A DNA stretch of 64,000 nucleotides from Candidatus Bathyarchaeota archaeon (lineage in GTDB: Archaea; Thermoproteota; Bathyarchaeia; Bathyarchaeales; Bathycorpusculaceae). Where the stretch lies: NCBI GenBank assembly GCA_963702095.1, contig OY969706.1, positions 2,656,001-2,720,000 on the forward strand, given 5' to 3'. The position numbers and the translations under genes were made by a program. The notes under the pieces were generated by a model. It was not told the origin of the DNA and made no database searches. It saw nothing but the letters and a program-made list of their open reading frames with translations. Shown in pieces: positions 19,268 to 28,695 of this stretch (its first letter is position 1; every line of letters begins with the position of its first letter).

Positions 19268-19639
19268 CTATTTATCCCATTTTTTGAAGCACACTTTGCC
19301 GTCTTCTTTGGAGGCGCGAAGCAATTCGCAGTGTCTAAAGAAAGCAAACTCTTGATCCAGCACCTCGGGTTTAATGTTGAGTTCACGGATTAGTTCGTCT
19401 TTTGTTATTTTTCCCCTTTCTTCAACCAAGTTGTAAATCTTTTGCTGTAACTCCGTTAAGCCGTCACTTCCAGATTGGCCCAGCTGTTTGCGAATGGATA
19501 AGGCTGAAGCGACTGCCAGAGGGTCACAGCCTTTAGGAGGGTTAGTCTCGTAGATATAGCAGTCTTCACATAAGACTTTCCCATGTAAGTCGTAGGCTTC
19601 TCCTTCTTTTAGAGGCACATTACACCGTTGGCATTCCAT
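19268..19639 (-). CDS. Zn-finger plus winged-helix hypothetical protein
   Basis: CxxC...LCEDCY...CDP.AV followed by wHTH-like C-terminus. Confidence 0.7.
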   Translation of the reverse strand: MECQRCNVPLKEGEAYDLHGKVLCEDCYIYETNPPKGCDPLAVASALSIRKQLGQSGSDGLTELQQKIYNLVEERGKITKDELIRELNIKPEVLDQEFAFFRHCELLRASKEDGKVCFKKWDK

Positions 19640-19791
19640 TTTTGATCCCTTATCTGCCGTAATAGGTTCTTCTTATTTAAAGCCGTTTTCGCTATTTTTA
19701 ATGGGTTTACGGGCATACTTGCCGTTTCATTTCTCGGTATAGCGGCAAGGATAAAAAAGGGTAAAGAACTAGTCACAGGCTAACCCTGTGT

Positions 19792-20085
19792 CTACAGGGT
19801 TTTGGCAACTTCATTTAACGGTTTAACCGGTCGAACCTCAACCTTCATGGGACCGAAGAATTTTGTGATCGCCTCTGGGTTCACAGCGTCTATAGTGAAG
19901 AAGCCCATGTGGTCTACTGATTTGTCCTCTGGGCAACTCATGTAGGCGGCTGTCAGGTTGATTCCATTGTTTTTCATGTTCTGCTCTGAGAAAAGCTGCT
20001 TTAACATTGCTTTTCCTTCTGCACTTTTTAGAGGACATTGAGCGGCTGGATGGGTATGTGTAGCTTCATACAACAAAACAATCAC
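19792..20085 (-). CDS. Small hypothetical protein (H.H....CP ferredoxin-like fold)
   Basis: Clean ORF with normal codon usage; THPAAQCP motif. Confidence 0.6.
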   Translation of the reverse strand: MIVLLYEATHTHPAAQCPLKSAEGKAMLKQLFSEQNMKNNGINLTAAYMSCPEDKSVDHMGFFTIDAVNPEAITKFFGPMKVEVRPVKPLNEVAKTL

Positions 20086-20221
20086 CTCCCCACGAAAGAG
20101 AAGAAAACTATCTGTTTTAACTGGTATCGTTCGTTAAATTTAAGACTTCTTCAGTATGACTTACAAGGATGACGCAGAAGCATCACACAGGGGCTATGCG
20201 GCGTATTACTGCGCCTCCTTA

Positions 20222-20407
20222 TATCAGTGGATCAAAAGATTTGTCTGATCTGCTTGTAGTTGCCCCACAACCAGCCAGCAACCAAAATCACACGCAGACG
20301 CCAACAAGCAATGCTCAGCCAAACCCGCTGGTAGATGATGAGCAAGGGGCGCTCTGCCTTCATCTAAGACTAGAAAACAAAAAAAGCCAAATTTTGATCT
20401 ACAGTTA
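20222..20407 (-). repeat. Dispersed repeat copy B; MITE-like with imperfect terminal inverted repeats
   Basis: Left end TATCAGTGGATCAAAA, right end TTTTGATCTACAGTTA; interior is the reverse complement of copy A modules. Confidence 0.8.
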
Positions 20408-20593
20408 TGTAATGCGAGGGAAGTAGTGGCAGAGCAACAAATCAAACTAAAAGCAAAGGAAACCCCTAAACAGCATCATTTGCAACAGCCACCAAGAAGG
20501 ATTTAACATCGAAAAAATTGTTTTTTTTGGGTAACGCATAAAAGCACATGATGCACAGTGATACTCTATCACCAAAAAAGTGTTGGTACATCA

Positions 20594-21223
20594 ATGTCCG
20601 CTAAAACACTACCTAGAAAATTCGTAACAGTGGACCCAAGTAAATGCATCGGATGCGGAATCTGCGAATACGCCTGCACCAGCGAAAAAGCCGAAAGCGG
20701 CAGTTGGAACCCGGTTCGCAGCAGAATCCGAGTAGTCCGCATGGCACCCGTATTCAACTTTGCCTTAACCTGCCGAGGATGCCACGACGCCCGATGCGTA
20801 AAAGCCTGCCCTGAACGTGCAATCTCACAATCCGAAGTCAACAGCCTACTTATCATCGACGAAAAGAAATGCAAAGGCTGCGACTGGTGTGTACAAGCCT
20901 GCCCACACGGCGGCATCGCCATAAACGCTGAAACAGGCAAAGCCATAGCATGCAACCTCTGTGAAGGCGACCCCAAATGTATCCAAGCATGCCCCGAAGA
21001 AGCCCTCGACATCGTAGACTCCGACGAAGCCGCAGACAAACACTTCAACGATGCATTAGCCACTCTGCCAGCTCAAACCGAACACTTAGCCGCAATAGTT
21101 AAAGAGAAAGATTGGAAGCCACTCTTAGCTGCTGCTGAAGAACGTTCAGAACGCATCGCAGAGAAAGTTGACGCCATCAATAAACGGGCAGCCGCCGAAA
21201 AAGAGAAAGAAAAAGAAAAGTAA
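20594..21223 (+). CDS. 4Fe-4S dicluster (DmsB/HydN-like) electron-transfer protein
   Basis: Four Cys-cluster motifs (CIGCGIC..AC, CRGC....C...CP, CKGCDWC...CP, CNLC....C...CP). Confidence 0.88.
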   Translation: MSAKTLPRKFVTVDPSKCIGCGICEYACTSEKAESGSWNPVRSRIRVVRMAPVFNFALTCRGCHDARCVKACPERAISQSEVNSLLIIDEKKCKGCDWCVQACPHGGIAINAETGKAIACNLCEGDPKCIQACPEEALDIVDSDEAADKHFNDALATLPAQTEHLAAIVKEKDWKPLLAAAEERSERIAEKVDAINKRAAAEKEKEKEK

Positions 21224-21244
21224 TTTTTTTCTTTTTGATTTGGG

Positions 21245-22093
21245 TTAACGGTTTTCTTCGTAACCTCTCAGAAGCATATCAATATCTGTCCCGACGTTTT
21301 GGCCGTTGTAGCCGCCTTCGAAGACAAAAAAGGTAGGCACCCCCAGTTTACCGATTACTTTTCCAATATCAAAAAAGTCCTGTTCCACAAAACTCAACGT
21401 TGCCAAATCGCCCTTGTGAGTATCAAAACCTGCTGAAACCGCCAGTGCCTCAAACTTGCCTAAATCCACCAACTTTAAGGCTTTATCAAGAGCTTCAAGA
21501 TACAGTTTGCCACCCACCGTTGCAGGCAACGGATAGTTTATGCAGTTAACTTCTGAGGTGAGTCCTGTCCCTGGAAAGTTGGGTGATTGATGAAGCGACA
21601 CAAAGGTAACTTGGTCATCGCCCATAAAGATTTCTTGGGTACCGTTGCCATGGTGCCCGTCGATGTCTAGAATCAACGTTTTTTTCTTTGACTCTTTAAC
21701 GGCTATGGCTATGTTGTTTAGGTAACAGAAGCCTCTGGTGTAAACGCCCAAAGCAGCGCCGTATCTGCCAACATGGTGTCCCGGGGGCCGCATAAGCGAA
21801 AACCCGCCGATTTGGCTTGCCAACAAGGCGCCGCCAACCGATAACTGGGCGTAATCAAAAATTTTGTCGTATGCAGGTGTATCGCTGTCTTCTACTAAGC
21901 CTTTCTTTATGTTCCAAATGTATTCCATGTCGTGGACTGAGAGAATTTGGTCTTCAGTTGCCGGTGTGGGCTCCACAAACTCATAGCCTTTTTGCTGCAA
22001 GATATCATGGGCGATTTTAACACGTTGAGGGCCTTCGATATGCCATGTGCCATAGCCTAAACATTTCTCTGAATAGACTATCTTTGTTTTCAT
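21245..22093 (-). CDS. Histone deacetylase-family hydrolase
   Basis: RPPGHH, GFC.LNN.A, D.DGHHGNGTQ, SAGFD and EGGY. Confidence 0.92.
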   Translation of the reverse strand: MKTKIVYSEKCLGYGTWHIEGPQRVKIAHDILQQKGYEFVEPTPATEDQILSVHDMEYIWNIKKGLVEDSDTPAYDKIFDYAQLSVGGALLASQIGGFSLMRPPGHHVGRYGAALGVYTRGFCYLNNIAIAVKESKKKTLILDIDGHHGNGTQEIFMGDDQVTFVSLHQSPNFPGTGLTSEVNCINYPLPATVGGKLYLEALDKALKLVDLGKFEALAVSAGFDTHKGDLATLSFVEQDFFDIGKVIGKLGVPTFFVFEGGYNGQNVGTDIDMLLRGYEENR

Positions 22094-22191
22094 CGCTGAA
22101 TGCATCCATTAGACACATAAGTATGTCAACCAATTTAAAATATAACCCTAACGAAGCTAAACTAGCCTATCGAGGATGGAGAGCAGAAACC

Positions 22192-24141
22192 ATGATTGCA
22201 CAGAACCCCTTTGAACAATTCAGACAAGAATGCCAAACCGCATTAGCAGCCGCCATAGCTAACACCTTGCCTGAAATCAAGCCGCCTGTTATCACGCTTA
22301 AGAAAACACCCAACATCGACTATGGTCAGCTTGCCACTTCGCTTTGTTTTGAGTTAGCAAAAAAACTCAACCAGAAACCGCTCGATTTAGCCCAGCACTT
22401 AGTGGCAGCCATAGACAAATCAGCCTTCAACTTAATCGATAAGGTGGAACCCGCAGGCGCAGGATACATCAACTTCTACGTGGACTTCCCCAAATTCAGC
22501 GCCCTCACCCTCCAATCCATCCGACAACTCGACCAAGACTACGGCTTCGTCAAAACAGCCGAACCCCAAAAAATCATCGTCGAACACACCAGCGTCAACC
22601 CGCTTCACCCCATCCATATTGGACAAGCCCGCAACCCCATGTTAGGCGACGCTTTGGCACGTCTGCTTCAACGCCGAGGAAACACCGTTTCGCGGCACTA
22701 CTACATCGATGATGTGGGACGCCAATCAAGCGTGGTTGCCTATGGATATGCCAAACTGGGTAAACCCAAACCAACCGAGAAACCTGATCTGTTCGTGGGA
22801 AAAATCTACACTGTAACCGCTTGTCTAGTTGAGATTAATCGGCTTAAAGGTGTAAAAGAGAAAGTTATAGTAGCTCAAAACGCTGACGAATTTGTCAAGG
22901 TGAACAGGGAGCTTGACGAGTGGGTTTCAATCGCGGCTGAACTCAAAGGAAAATACCCCGTGCTCTTTGAAACGTTGCTGGCAAAAATCAGCGAGGACAA
23001 AGACCCTGAGGAAGAAATCAGCCGCCTCAACCGCGCCTACGAAGACGGTCAACCCGCAGCTAAAGAGTTGGTCCGTGAAGTCAGCGACCTCTGCCTCGAC
23101 GGTTTCCGCCAAACCATGCGCCGTGTTGGCGTGACCTATGACTCGTGGGATTGGGAAAGCGATTTTGTGTGGACGCCGCAGGTCAGCGAAGTCATGGCAC
23201 GACTAAAAGCTACGCCGTTTATTTTCAACGAAAAAGGCGTTTTGCAGTTTAACGCTGACAAAGCCACCCGCGCCCTAAACCTCAAAGCCAAGTTGGGACT
23301 AAGCGAGAACAACGAGGTCCCGCCACTTACCCTTGTGCGTGCCGACGGCACCACCCTCTACACCACCCGAGACATCGCCTACACAATTTGGAAGTTCAAG
23401 CACGCCGACAAAGTAATCAACGTTATAGGCATGGAGCAGTCGCTGGCGCAGCTGCAGCTTAAACTGGCACTCTACGCCATGGGCTACGGCGAACAAGCAG
23501 ATAACTTGGTGCATTTCGCCTATAACTTGGTGACTTTGCCCGGTTACAAGATGAGCAGCCGACGCGGCCACTACATCACATTCGACGAGGTGCTCGACGA
23601 GGCAGTTAGGCGTGCCTACGAAGAAGTCACTAAGCGCTCCCCGATGCTCACTGAGGAAGAGAAGCGCAAGATAGCGGATTTCGTGGGGTTGGGTGCTGTC
23701 CGTTATGCGCTTGTGGACGTGGATTCTGGTAAGCCGGTGGTGTTCACTTGGGAGCGGGTGCTTAACTTTGAAACCAACAGCGCCCCCTATGTCCAGTACA
23801 CTCATGCCCGAGCGTGTAGCATTCTGCGCAAAGCTGAACATCAACCTGATAACCCTGACTACGCACTGCTTAAAGAGCGGTTAGAAAGAGAATTGGTCCT
23901 CAACTTGGCAGGGTTCGCTGACATGTTCATAGAAGCCACCGAATACCAAAAACCCAACATGATAGCCGACTACACAAACGCCTTAGCAGACAAATTCAAC
24001 ACCTTCTACAACGCCTACCCAGTTCTTAAAGCAGATTCAGAGGGGCTTATCGAGGCAAGGTTGGCGTTAGTGAAAGCCATACAGGTTGTCATGAAGAATA
24101 CGCTGAATTTGATTGGGGTTTATGCGCCAGAGAAAATGTAG
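22192..24141 (+). CDS. argS: Arginine--tRNA ligase
   Basis: EHTSVNP.HP.HIG..RN, KMSSRRG and Y.QYTHAR..SI. Confidence 0.97.
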   Translation: MIAQNPFEQFRQECQTALAAAIANTLPEIKPPVITLKKTPNIDYGQLATSLCFELAKKLNQKPLDLAQHLVAAIDKSAFNLIDKVEPAGAGYINFYVDFPKFSALTLQSIRQLDQDYGFVKTAEPQKIIVEHTSVNPLHPIHIGQARNPMLGDALARLLQRRGNTVSRHYYIDDVGRQSSVVAYGYAKLGKPKPTEKPDLFVGKIYTVTACLVEINRLKGVKEKVIVAQNADEFVKVNRELDEWVSIAAELKGKYPVLFETLLAKISEDKDPEEEISRLNRAYEDGQPAAKELVREVSDLCLDGFRQTMRRVGVTYDSWDWESDFVWTPQVSEVMARLKATPFIFNEKGVLQFNADKATRALNLKAKLGLSENNEVPPLTLVRADGTTLYTTRDIAYTIWKFKHADKVINVIGMEQSLAQLQLKLALYAMGYGEQADNLVHFAYNLVTLPGYKMSSRRGHYITFDEVLDEAVRRAYEEVTKRSPMLTEEEKRKIADFVGLGAVRYALVDVDSGKPVVFTWERVLNFETNSAPYVQYTHARACSILRKAEHQPDNPDYALLKERLERELVLNLAGFADMFIEATEYQKPNMIADYTNALADKFNTFYNAYPVLKADSEGLIEARLALVKAIQVVMKNTLNLIGVYAPEKM

Positions 24142-24146
24142 CGACA

Positions 24147-24415
24147 GCTTGTTGCTCTCAGCTAAGACCTCTATTTCCTTATTTAACAGTGGATCAAAAT
24201 TTGGGCTCTTTTGTTCTATTTTTCTATTGTTTAGATGAAGTCAGAGCAATCCTTACTCTTCTTCTTCCTGTAGGCTTTGCTGGCGTCTGTTTCAGTGTGA
24301 GAAATGCGTTTTCTTCCACACGCCCTGCATGGCTCTATATCGGAACCGTCACGGTGTGGATGGGGGCATGTATCGTTTGCTTTTTTGGCGAGAAGAGAAT
24401 CGTTGGGTTGCAGTG
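24147..24415 (+). repeat. Dispersed repeat copy C (extended type)
   Basis: TAACAGTGGATCAAAATTTGG matches the copy B end; 24281-24370 matches 36623-36714. Confidence 0.7.
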
Positions 24416-24500
24416 AAAGGTAATTGTAATCGGGCACTATCATGGCTTTGGTGGCTTTGGCATTGTTTTTTTTTGTTTTTTGGCCGGGTTATTCGCAAGC

Positions 24501-24533
24501 ATTAAATAGCTGTAAATACACAATTGTTTACAG
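24501..24533 (+). promoter_or_regulatory. TATA box plus palindromic operator upstream of the array regulator
   Basis: TTAAATA at 24502-24508 followed by CTGTAAA-N10-TTTACAG at 24510-24533; ATG at 24542. Confidence 0.6.
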
Positions 24534-24541
24534 GTGTTGTC

Positions 24542-25024
24542 ATGTCCACAGGTTGCCACGTATCCTCACCACTCAGCCAAAGCCAAAAAACCATCTGGGC
24601 ACTCCTAGGCAAAGGCCTCAGCGTCTCCACCATAGCCGAGAAACTAAAAACCACCCGCCAATACGTCAACCAAACACGCCTAACCGCACAAGCCAAACTC
24701 GCCACCACCCTCCTCGAAGTCGCAGAAGTAAACGACATCCAAGTAACCAAACTAGTCCCACAACAAGCAATTCTACTGGGCTACCATCCTGGACTCAAAC
24801 GCAAAGCCATCGTCACCTACACCACCAGCCACGGCTTAAAAGTCTGGTACTGGCACGACAACCCCGAAGAAGTCACCGACACAACCTTCCTAAACCAAAC
24901 CCGCCAATACCTAATCGACATAGCCAAAGAAAGAGGCATAGAAATCAAAGATGCAGAAAATATTCACCCTGCCAAGTTGGCGCACATTATCTTCTGCCAA
25001 TTGATTCCGGAGTTGAAAGCATGA
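24542..25024 (+). CDS. Sigma70-region-4/LuxR-like HTH regulator heading the membrane-protein array
   Basis: LSQSQKTIW.L..KGLSVSTIAEKLKTTRQYVNQ....AQAKL HTH plus uncharacterised C-terminal domain; ATGA overlap with next gene. Confidence 0.75.
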   Translation: MSTGCHVSSPLSQSQKTIWALLGKGLSVSTIAEKLKTTRQYVNQTRLTAQAKLATTLLEVAEVNDIQVTKLVPQQAILLGYHPGLKRKAIVTYTTSHGLKVWYWHDNPEEVTDTTFLNQTRQYLIDIAKERGIEIKDAENIHPAKLAHIIFCQLIPELKA

Positions 25025-25341
25025 ATGTAAAGAGAAGTATGCAACAACTGTTTCGCGGCTGGATTCCAAAAGAACCTAGTTTAGGCAGTGTTCGAACCAA
25101 AAGCAAAGCATACCATAACAAAGAAATGGTCTCAGCAGCAAGAATCAGCACAGGGCTTTTTTCAGTTATTGGAAGCACATTGTTGGGTTTTTCTGTGTAT
25201 GTTTACTTGGTTGATCCTCATGCTTGGAGTTTGGCGTGGATAACAAACGTCTCCTTCATAGCAATTGGAGTAATTTTGATTTCTGTAGCGATTTTTGTTT
25301 GGCTAAAGGATAGAAAGCAAAGCGCAGGAGGCATTTTATGA
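25021..25341 (+). CDS. Array member 1: RGWxPKE-motif membrane protein (2 TM)
   Basis: MNVKRSMQQLFRGWIPKEP; true start ATG 25021. Confidence 0.8.
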   Translation: MNVKRSMQQLFRGWIPKEPSLGSVRTKSKAYHNKEMVSAARISTGLFSVIGSTLLGFSVYVYLVDPHAWSLAWITNVSFIAIGVILISVAIFVWLKDRKQSAGGIL

Positions 25342-25652
25342 GCAAGAAGAGAGTCGAACAATTTTTTAGAGGCTGGTTCCCTAAGGAGCACCTCCAGAAT
25401 TTCAAGACCACCAAATCAACACCTCAAACAAAAGCGGAACCCAATGGGCGGGCATTCAAGGTTGCACAGATTGCTAACGGAATTATGGTTAGCTTGTTTT
25501 TGGGTACCAATTTCCTATTCATCCGTCCGGTCTACGACAGCATCGAAGTCACCGTTTTGCAGTGGAGCATATTTGTTCCCATACTGATTGGGGTGAATAT
25601 TTTGATTTATCGTCATTATAAACAGCGTCTGCTGCCTAAAGGATGGTTCTAA
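25338..25652 (+). CDS. Array member 2 (2 TM)
   Basis: MSKKRVEQFFRGWFPKEH; ATGA overlap, GGAGG upstream. Confidence 0.8.
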   Translation: MSKKRVEQFFRGWFPKEHLQNFKTTKSTPQTKAEPNGRAFKVAQIANGIMVSLFLGTNFLFIRPVYDSIEVTVLQWSIFVPILIGVNILIYRHYKQRLLPKGWF

Positions 25653-25969
25653 AAAGGGGGCTAAAACAACATACAAAAAAACTCTTCAAAGGTTGGCTTC
25701 CCAAAGACCCCTATGCATTACATTCAAGGGAAAGCGGCAATCACAAATCGAGTGCCACCGCCTACATTGTGGGATATGGAGTGGGTATTGGTATCGGTGA
25801 ACTCTACATTCTCTTGATTAACATACTTGGATGGGGTGCTATTGAAAGTAGTCTTAGCCACGTTTGGGGCATTCTTCCAGCAATGTTGGTTGTTTTTCCC
25901 GGAACCCTACTTGGTTTGGCAATAGGCACAAAACTCAGTAAGAAGCTCAAGGAAAGGTGGGTAAACTAA
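25643..25969 (+). CDS. Array member 3 (2 TM)
   Basis: KKLFKGWLPKDP; overlaps member 2 by 10 nt. Confidence 0.8.
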   Translation: MVLKRGLKQHTKKLFKGWLPKDPYALHSRESGNHKSSATAYIVGYGVGIGIGELYILLINILGWGAIESSLSHVWGILPAMLVVFPGTLLGLAIGTKLSKKLKERWVN

Positions 25970-25973
25970 AACT

Positions 25974-26486
25974 ATGAATCGAAAACGGCGTTTTGATAGT
26001 TGGTTCCGCGGGTGGCTTCCAAAAGAGCCCTCCCATACAAACCCTTTTCCAATCCAAACAAACCAGCAACCCAGCAAAAGACGCTACACTGCATACTTGA
26101 CAATTTTCGTTGGCGTATTAGCCGCAGTTTTTCTAACGATGTCTGCAGCGTATGGATTAGGTTTGGGAAATAATGACGCAACCTTTGCGGCGGCAACAGC
26201 AGGAGTTATGGCAACCATAGTTGTCAGCATAATGCTCAGAGCCCCCCGAGCACCTAACCAAAACAAACCCCTAACGGAAAAGGGGAGAAGAGCAGCCAAA
26301 ATAATCGCTGGGACAAACGCAGGCATGGTTGGCGTCTTCTTGGGGACATATTTCCTGGTTAACCCAATCATAAAGAGTGTAGAGTTGACGCTGGGTTTGT
26401 GGATTGTTCTTTTGCTTTCTATGTTTTTGGTTAACAATTTGCTGTATCGGAATTTCAAGAAGCAAACAGGTATGGAGGTTATGTAG
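25974..26486 (+). CDS. Array member 4 (about 4 TM)
   Basis: MNRKRRFDSWFRGWLPKEP. Confidence 0.8.
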   Translation: MNRKRRFDSWFRGWLPKEPSHTNPFPIQTNQQPSKRRYTAYLTIFVGVLAAVFLTMSAAYGLGLGNNDATFAAATAGVMATIVVSIMLRAPRAPNQNKPLTEKGRRAAKIIAGTNAGMVGVFLGTYFLVNPIIKSVELTLGLWIVLLLSMFLVNNLLYRNFKKQTGMEVM

Positions 26487-27221
26487 GTGGATTCAAGAAA
26501 TCGCTTACGGAATCGACTCAAAGGTTGGTTTCCTAAAGATTCAGTCGCAGTATATCAGTGCACGGTAACAAAGCCTTCTTGGTGGAAATCTTTTTGGTCG
26601 GTTGCATGGATTTTCACCGAGCTTTTGGGAGTGACCAGTTTTGTTGCTTTGCGTATTCCTCTTTGGTATATGACAATTATCGGAGGCTATTTGGCTATCC
26701 TAGGCTTCGCCGCCGCATTCCACGGTATCGTTAAGCGTTCCTCCATAAACAGAGCCGTGTATATACTGTTGGGAATGACGACTTTAGGCTTACTCCTAAG
26801 CGTCGCCTACACATTCCTGTTTGGACCTTACGCGACTGCATGGCTTTCAGGTTGGTTTAACCTCATAGTCATCGTTGGAATTCAGATTGCAGGAGGCATC
26901 GTCGGCGACTTGATAGGGAAACAAAGAAGCTATCAAGAACTCCCCATCGGCTTTGAAGACAAGGAACAAACTAGCCGAATTTCTGAACAAGATAAAGCGA
27001 TTAAACTCAAGGTGATTTCGGTTTTGCTTGGAGCGCTCGGAGTGTGTGCCGGTGGCGGTGCAGCAGCTTATGCATATGTCTTTTTCGTTGAAATCGGAGT
27101 GCCTTCTTATTACGCTACGGTTTACGCTGTTATTTTGTGGCTTTCTGTCATTGCAATTTTTTGGTTTGCCGCTTTTAAGCTAAAAAGAATACAGCAATAC
27201 ATCACTAAGGAGGCTGCTTGA
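26487..27221 (+). CDS. Array member 5 (about 6 TM)
   Basis: MDSRNRLRNRLKGWFPKDS; GTG start abuts previous stop. Confidence 0.8.
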   Translation: MDSRNRLRNRLKGWFPKDSVAVYQCTVTKPSWWKSFWSVAWIFTELLGVTSFVALRIPLWYMTIIGGYLAILGFAAAFHGIVKRSSINRAVYILLGMTTLGLLLSVAYTFLFGPYATAWLSGWFNLIVIVGIQIAGGIVGDLIGKQRSYQELPIGFEDKEQTSRISEQDKAIKLKVISVLLGALGVCAGGGAAAYAYVFFVEIGVPSYYATVYAVILWLSVIAIFWFAAFKLKRIQQYITKEAA

Positions 27222-27225
27222 ATAC

Positions 27226-28695
27226 ATGAACAAAGAAAAAAGCCTGAAAAATCGTATTCGCGGCTGGTTTCCAAAAGAGCCGTACATGATTGGTAGGACG
27301 GTTAAGGTTGATATTGAAAATAAGCAACAGCCGCCATTGGTGCAGCCAGAATTTAAAGTAAGCGCTACAGTTACTGCTGGAGCAATTGCGGTTTTTTGGA
27401 TTCTTATCATAGTATTTCAATTAGATTTTGAGTTTCTTTGGAAAGATGGCACTTTAATTTACCAATTCGGATGGTTAATTGTGGGATTTACTGCTGGAGC
27501 AGTTTTTGGTGGTTTAGCCACTCGAACTCAACTTAACCGAATTTCAAAAAATTACAATATTTGTGGACACAGTAAAAAAGAGATGCTCTTGGTGTTGGTC
27601 CCTATGCTTGTATTGTTTGTTCCTTCAGCAATTTATCTCTTCACTGGCTTCTCAACTGATGGGCAAAGGCTCGCTCTTCTTCAGTCGGCATCTTCCATTT
27701 TTAGCTATGCAATCTCATTTTACATTATCAGATTCTTAGATTTTTATGTGTTTGAAAGAAGAGAAGGTTTGCGTTTAATGCAAGGTTGGCTTGGACTTGG
27801 AATTATCGTTATTCCAAAACCGCCGAATAGCCGTAATGTCTCAGGAAAAATGTCGAAAACAAGCGATTGGCTTGGTGGCATCTTATTCGTAAACACTCTA
27901 GCAGTAATTGCGGTCACCAGCGTTCTTTACTGGTTTGCAGTCATCAACGTTACTGGTTTTGCAATAATTTCCATTATTGCAGGGTCATTTTTTGTTTTAT
28001 TGTATGCGTTGGATGAAAAACTTAAAACAGATTTTCTGTCCAAAATAGGCATGGACAAGCGCAAAATCGTCAGCATCATCTTCGTTGTGATTGGTATTAT
28101 TCTATTGGTATTTTCTTTGGCTCTTGTGTCTCATGTTGAACAAAGATTAACTGAAGTCCCCCATCGGGAAAATCTTCTAAGCAAAGATTTTGACTTAGAC
28201 CGGCAAATACCCAATGCTACTGTTTCCGTTAATTTAACAACTCAAGATGCGATAGCTTATGGCATATTTCCAGCAAGCTACATCAATTCGCGCCTGAAAG
28301 GCTACTCAAGCATTGATTTTTCGATAAATTATAAACCTGCATCCGGAGGACCTCTGATTAAAGTATATGAGCGGAATAACATTTCCAGCCGCACCTTAGA
28401 TGGAGGCGGATATTGGTCAGTTACACAAAATGGAACTTACATCTTAACTCTTCATTACAATTACAATGAAACGATTCACGTTAACGAAAACATAGGCAGG
28501 GTTTGGTCAACGAGTGAATTATTACCGACCGTTGTTTACACGCCACTCCTCGCTAGCTATATGGCGCCAACGTTGATTATCGCTTCAGTCTTACTGACCG
28601 GTAGTGCAGTAATTCCAATTCAGCAGATTGCTAAGGCAAGTTACTTGAAACATAAACAAGGTAGCGGCTTTGCCTTCTCAGGGTTGAAAATTTGA
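27226..28695 (+). CDS. Array member 6: multi-TM protein with extracytoplasmic beta-rich domain
   Basis: MNKEKSLKNRIRGWFPKEP; several TMs, soluble segment with NxS/T sequons, C-terminal TM. Confidence 0.8.
   Translation: MNKEKSLKNRIRGWFPKEPYMIGRTVKVDIENKQQPPLVQPEFKVSATVTAGAIAVFWILIIVFQLDFEFLWKDGTLIYQFGWLIVGFTAGAVFGGLATRTQLNRISKNYNICGHSKKEMLLVLVPMLVLFVPSAIYLFTGFSTDGQRLALLQSASSIFSYAISFYIIRFLDFYVFERREGLRLMQGWLGLGIIVIPKPPNSRNVSGKMSKTSDWLGGILFVNTLAVIAVTSVLYWFAVINVTGFAIISIIAGSFFVLLYALDEKLKTDFLSKIGMDKRKIVSIIFVVIGIILLVFSLALVSHVEQRLTEVPHRENLLSKDFDLDRQIPNATVSVNLTTQDAIAYGIFPASYINSRLKGYSSIDFSINYKPASGGPLIKVYERNNISSRTLDGGGYWSVTQNGTYILTLHYNYNETIHVNENIGRVWSTSELLPTVVYTPLLASYMAPTLIIASVLLTGSAVIPIQQIAKASYLKHKQGSGFAFSGLKI

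Noticed and set aside
22045-22191. Long N-terminal extension of ArgS
   Set aside because: Overlaps the divergent deacetylase gene and promoter; ATG 22192 follows a GGAG motif.
24442-25020. 299-aa ORF upstream extension overlapping the HTH regulator
   Set aside because: Shadow frame caused by A/C-rich DNA lacking stops; the motif-bearing protein starts at ATG 25021 with an ATGA overlap.
25632-25652. Member 2 ends in LPKGWF, resembling the motif
   Set aside because: The order is scrambled and the segment overlaps the next gene's start; probably coincidental.
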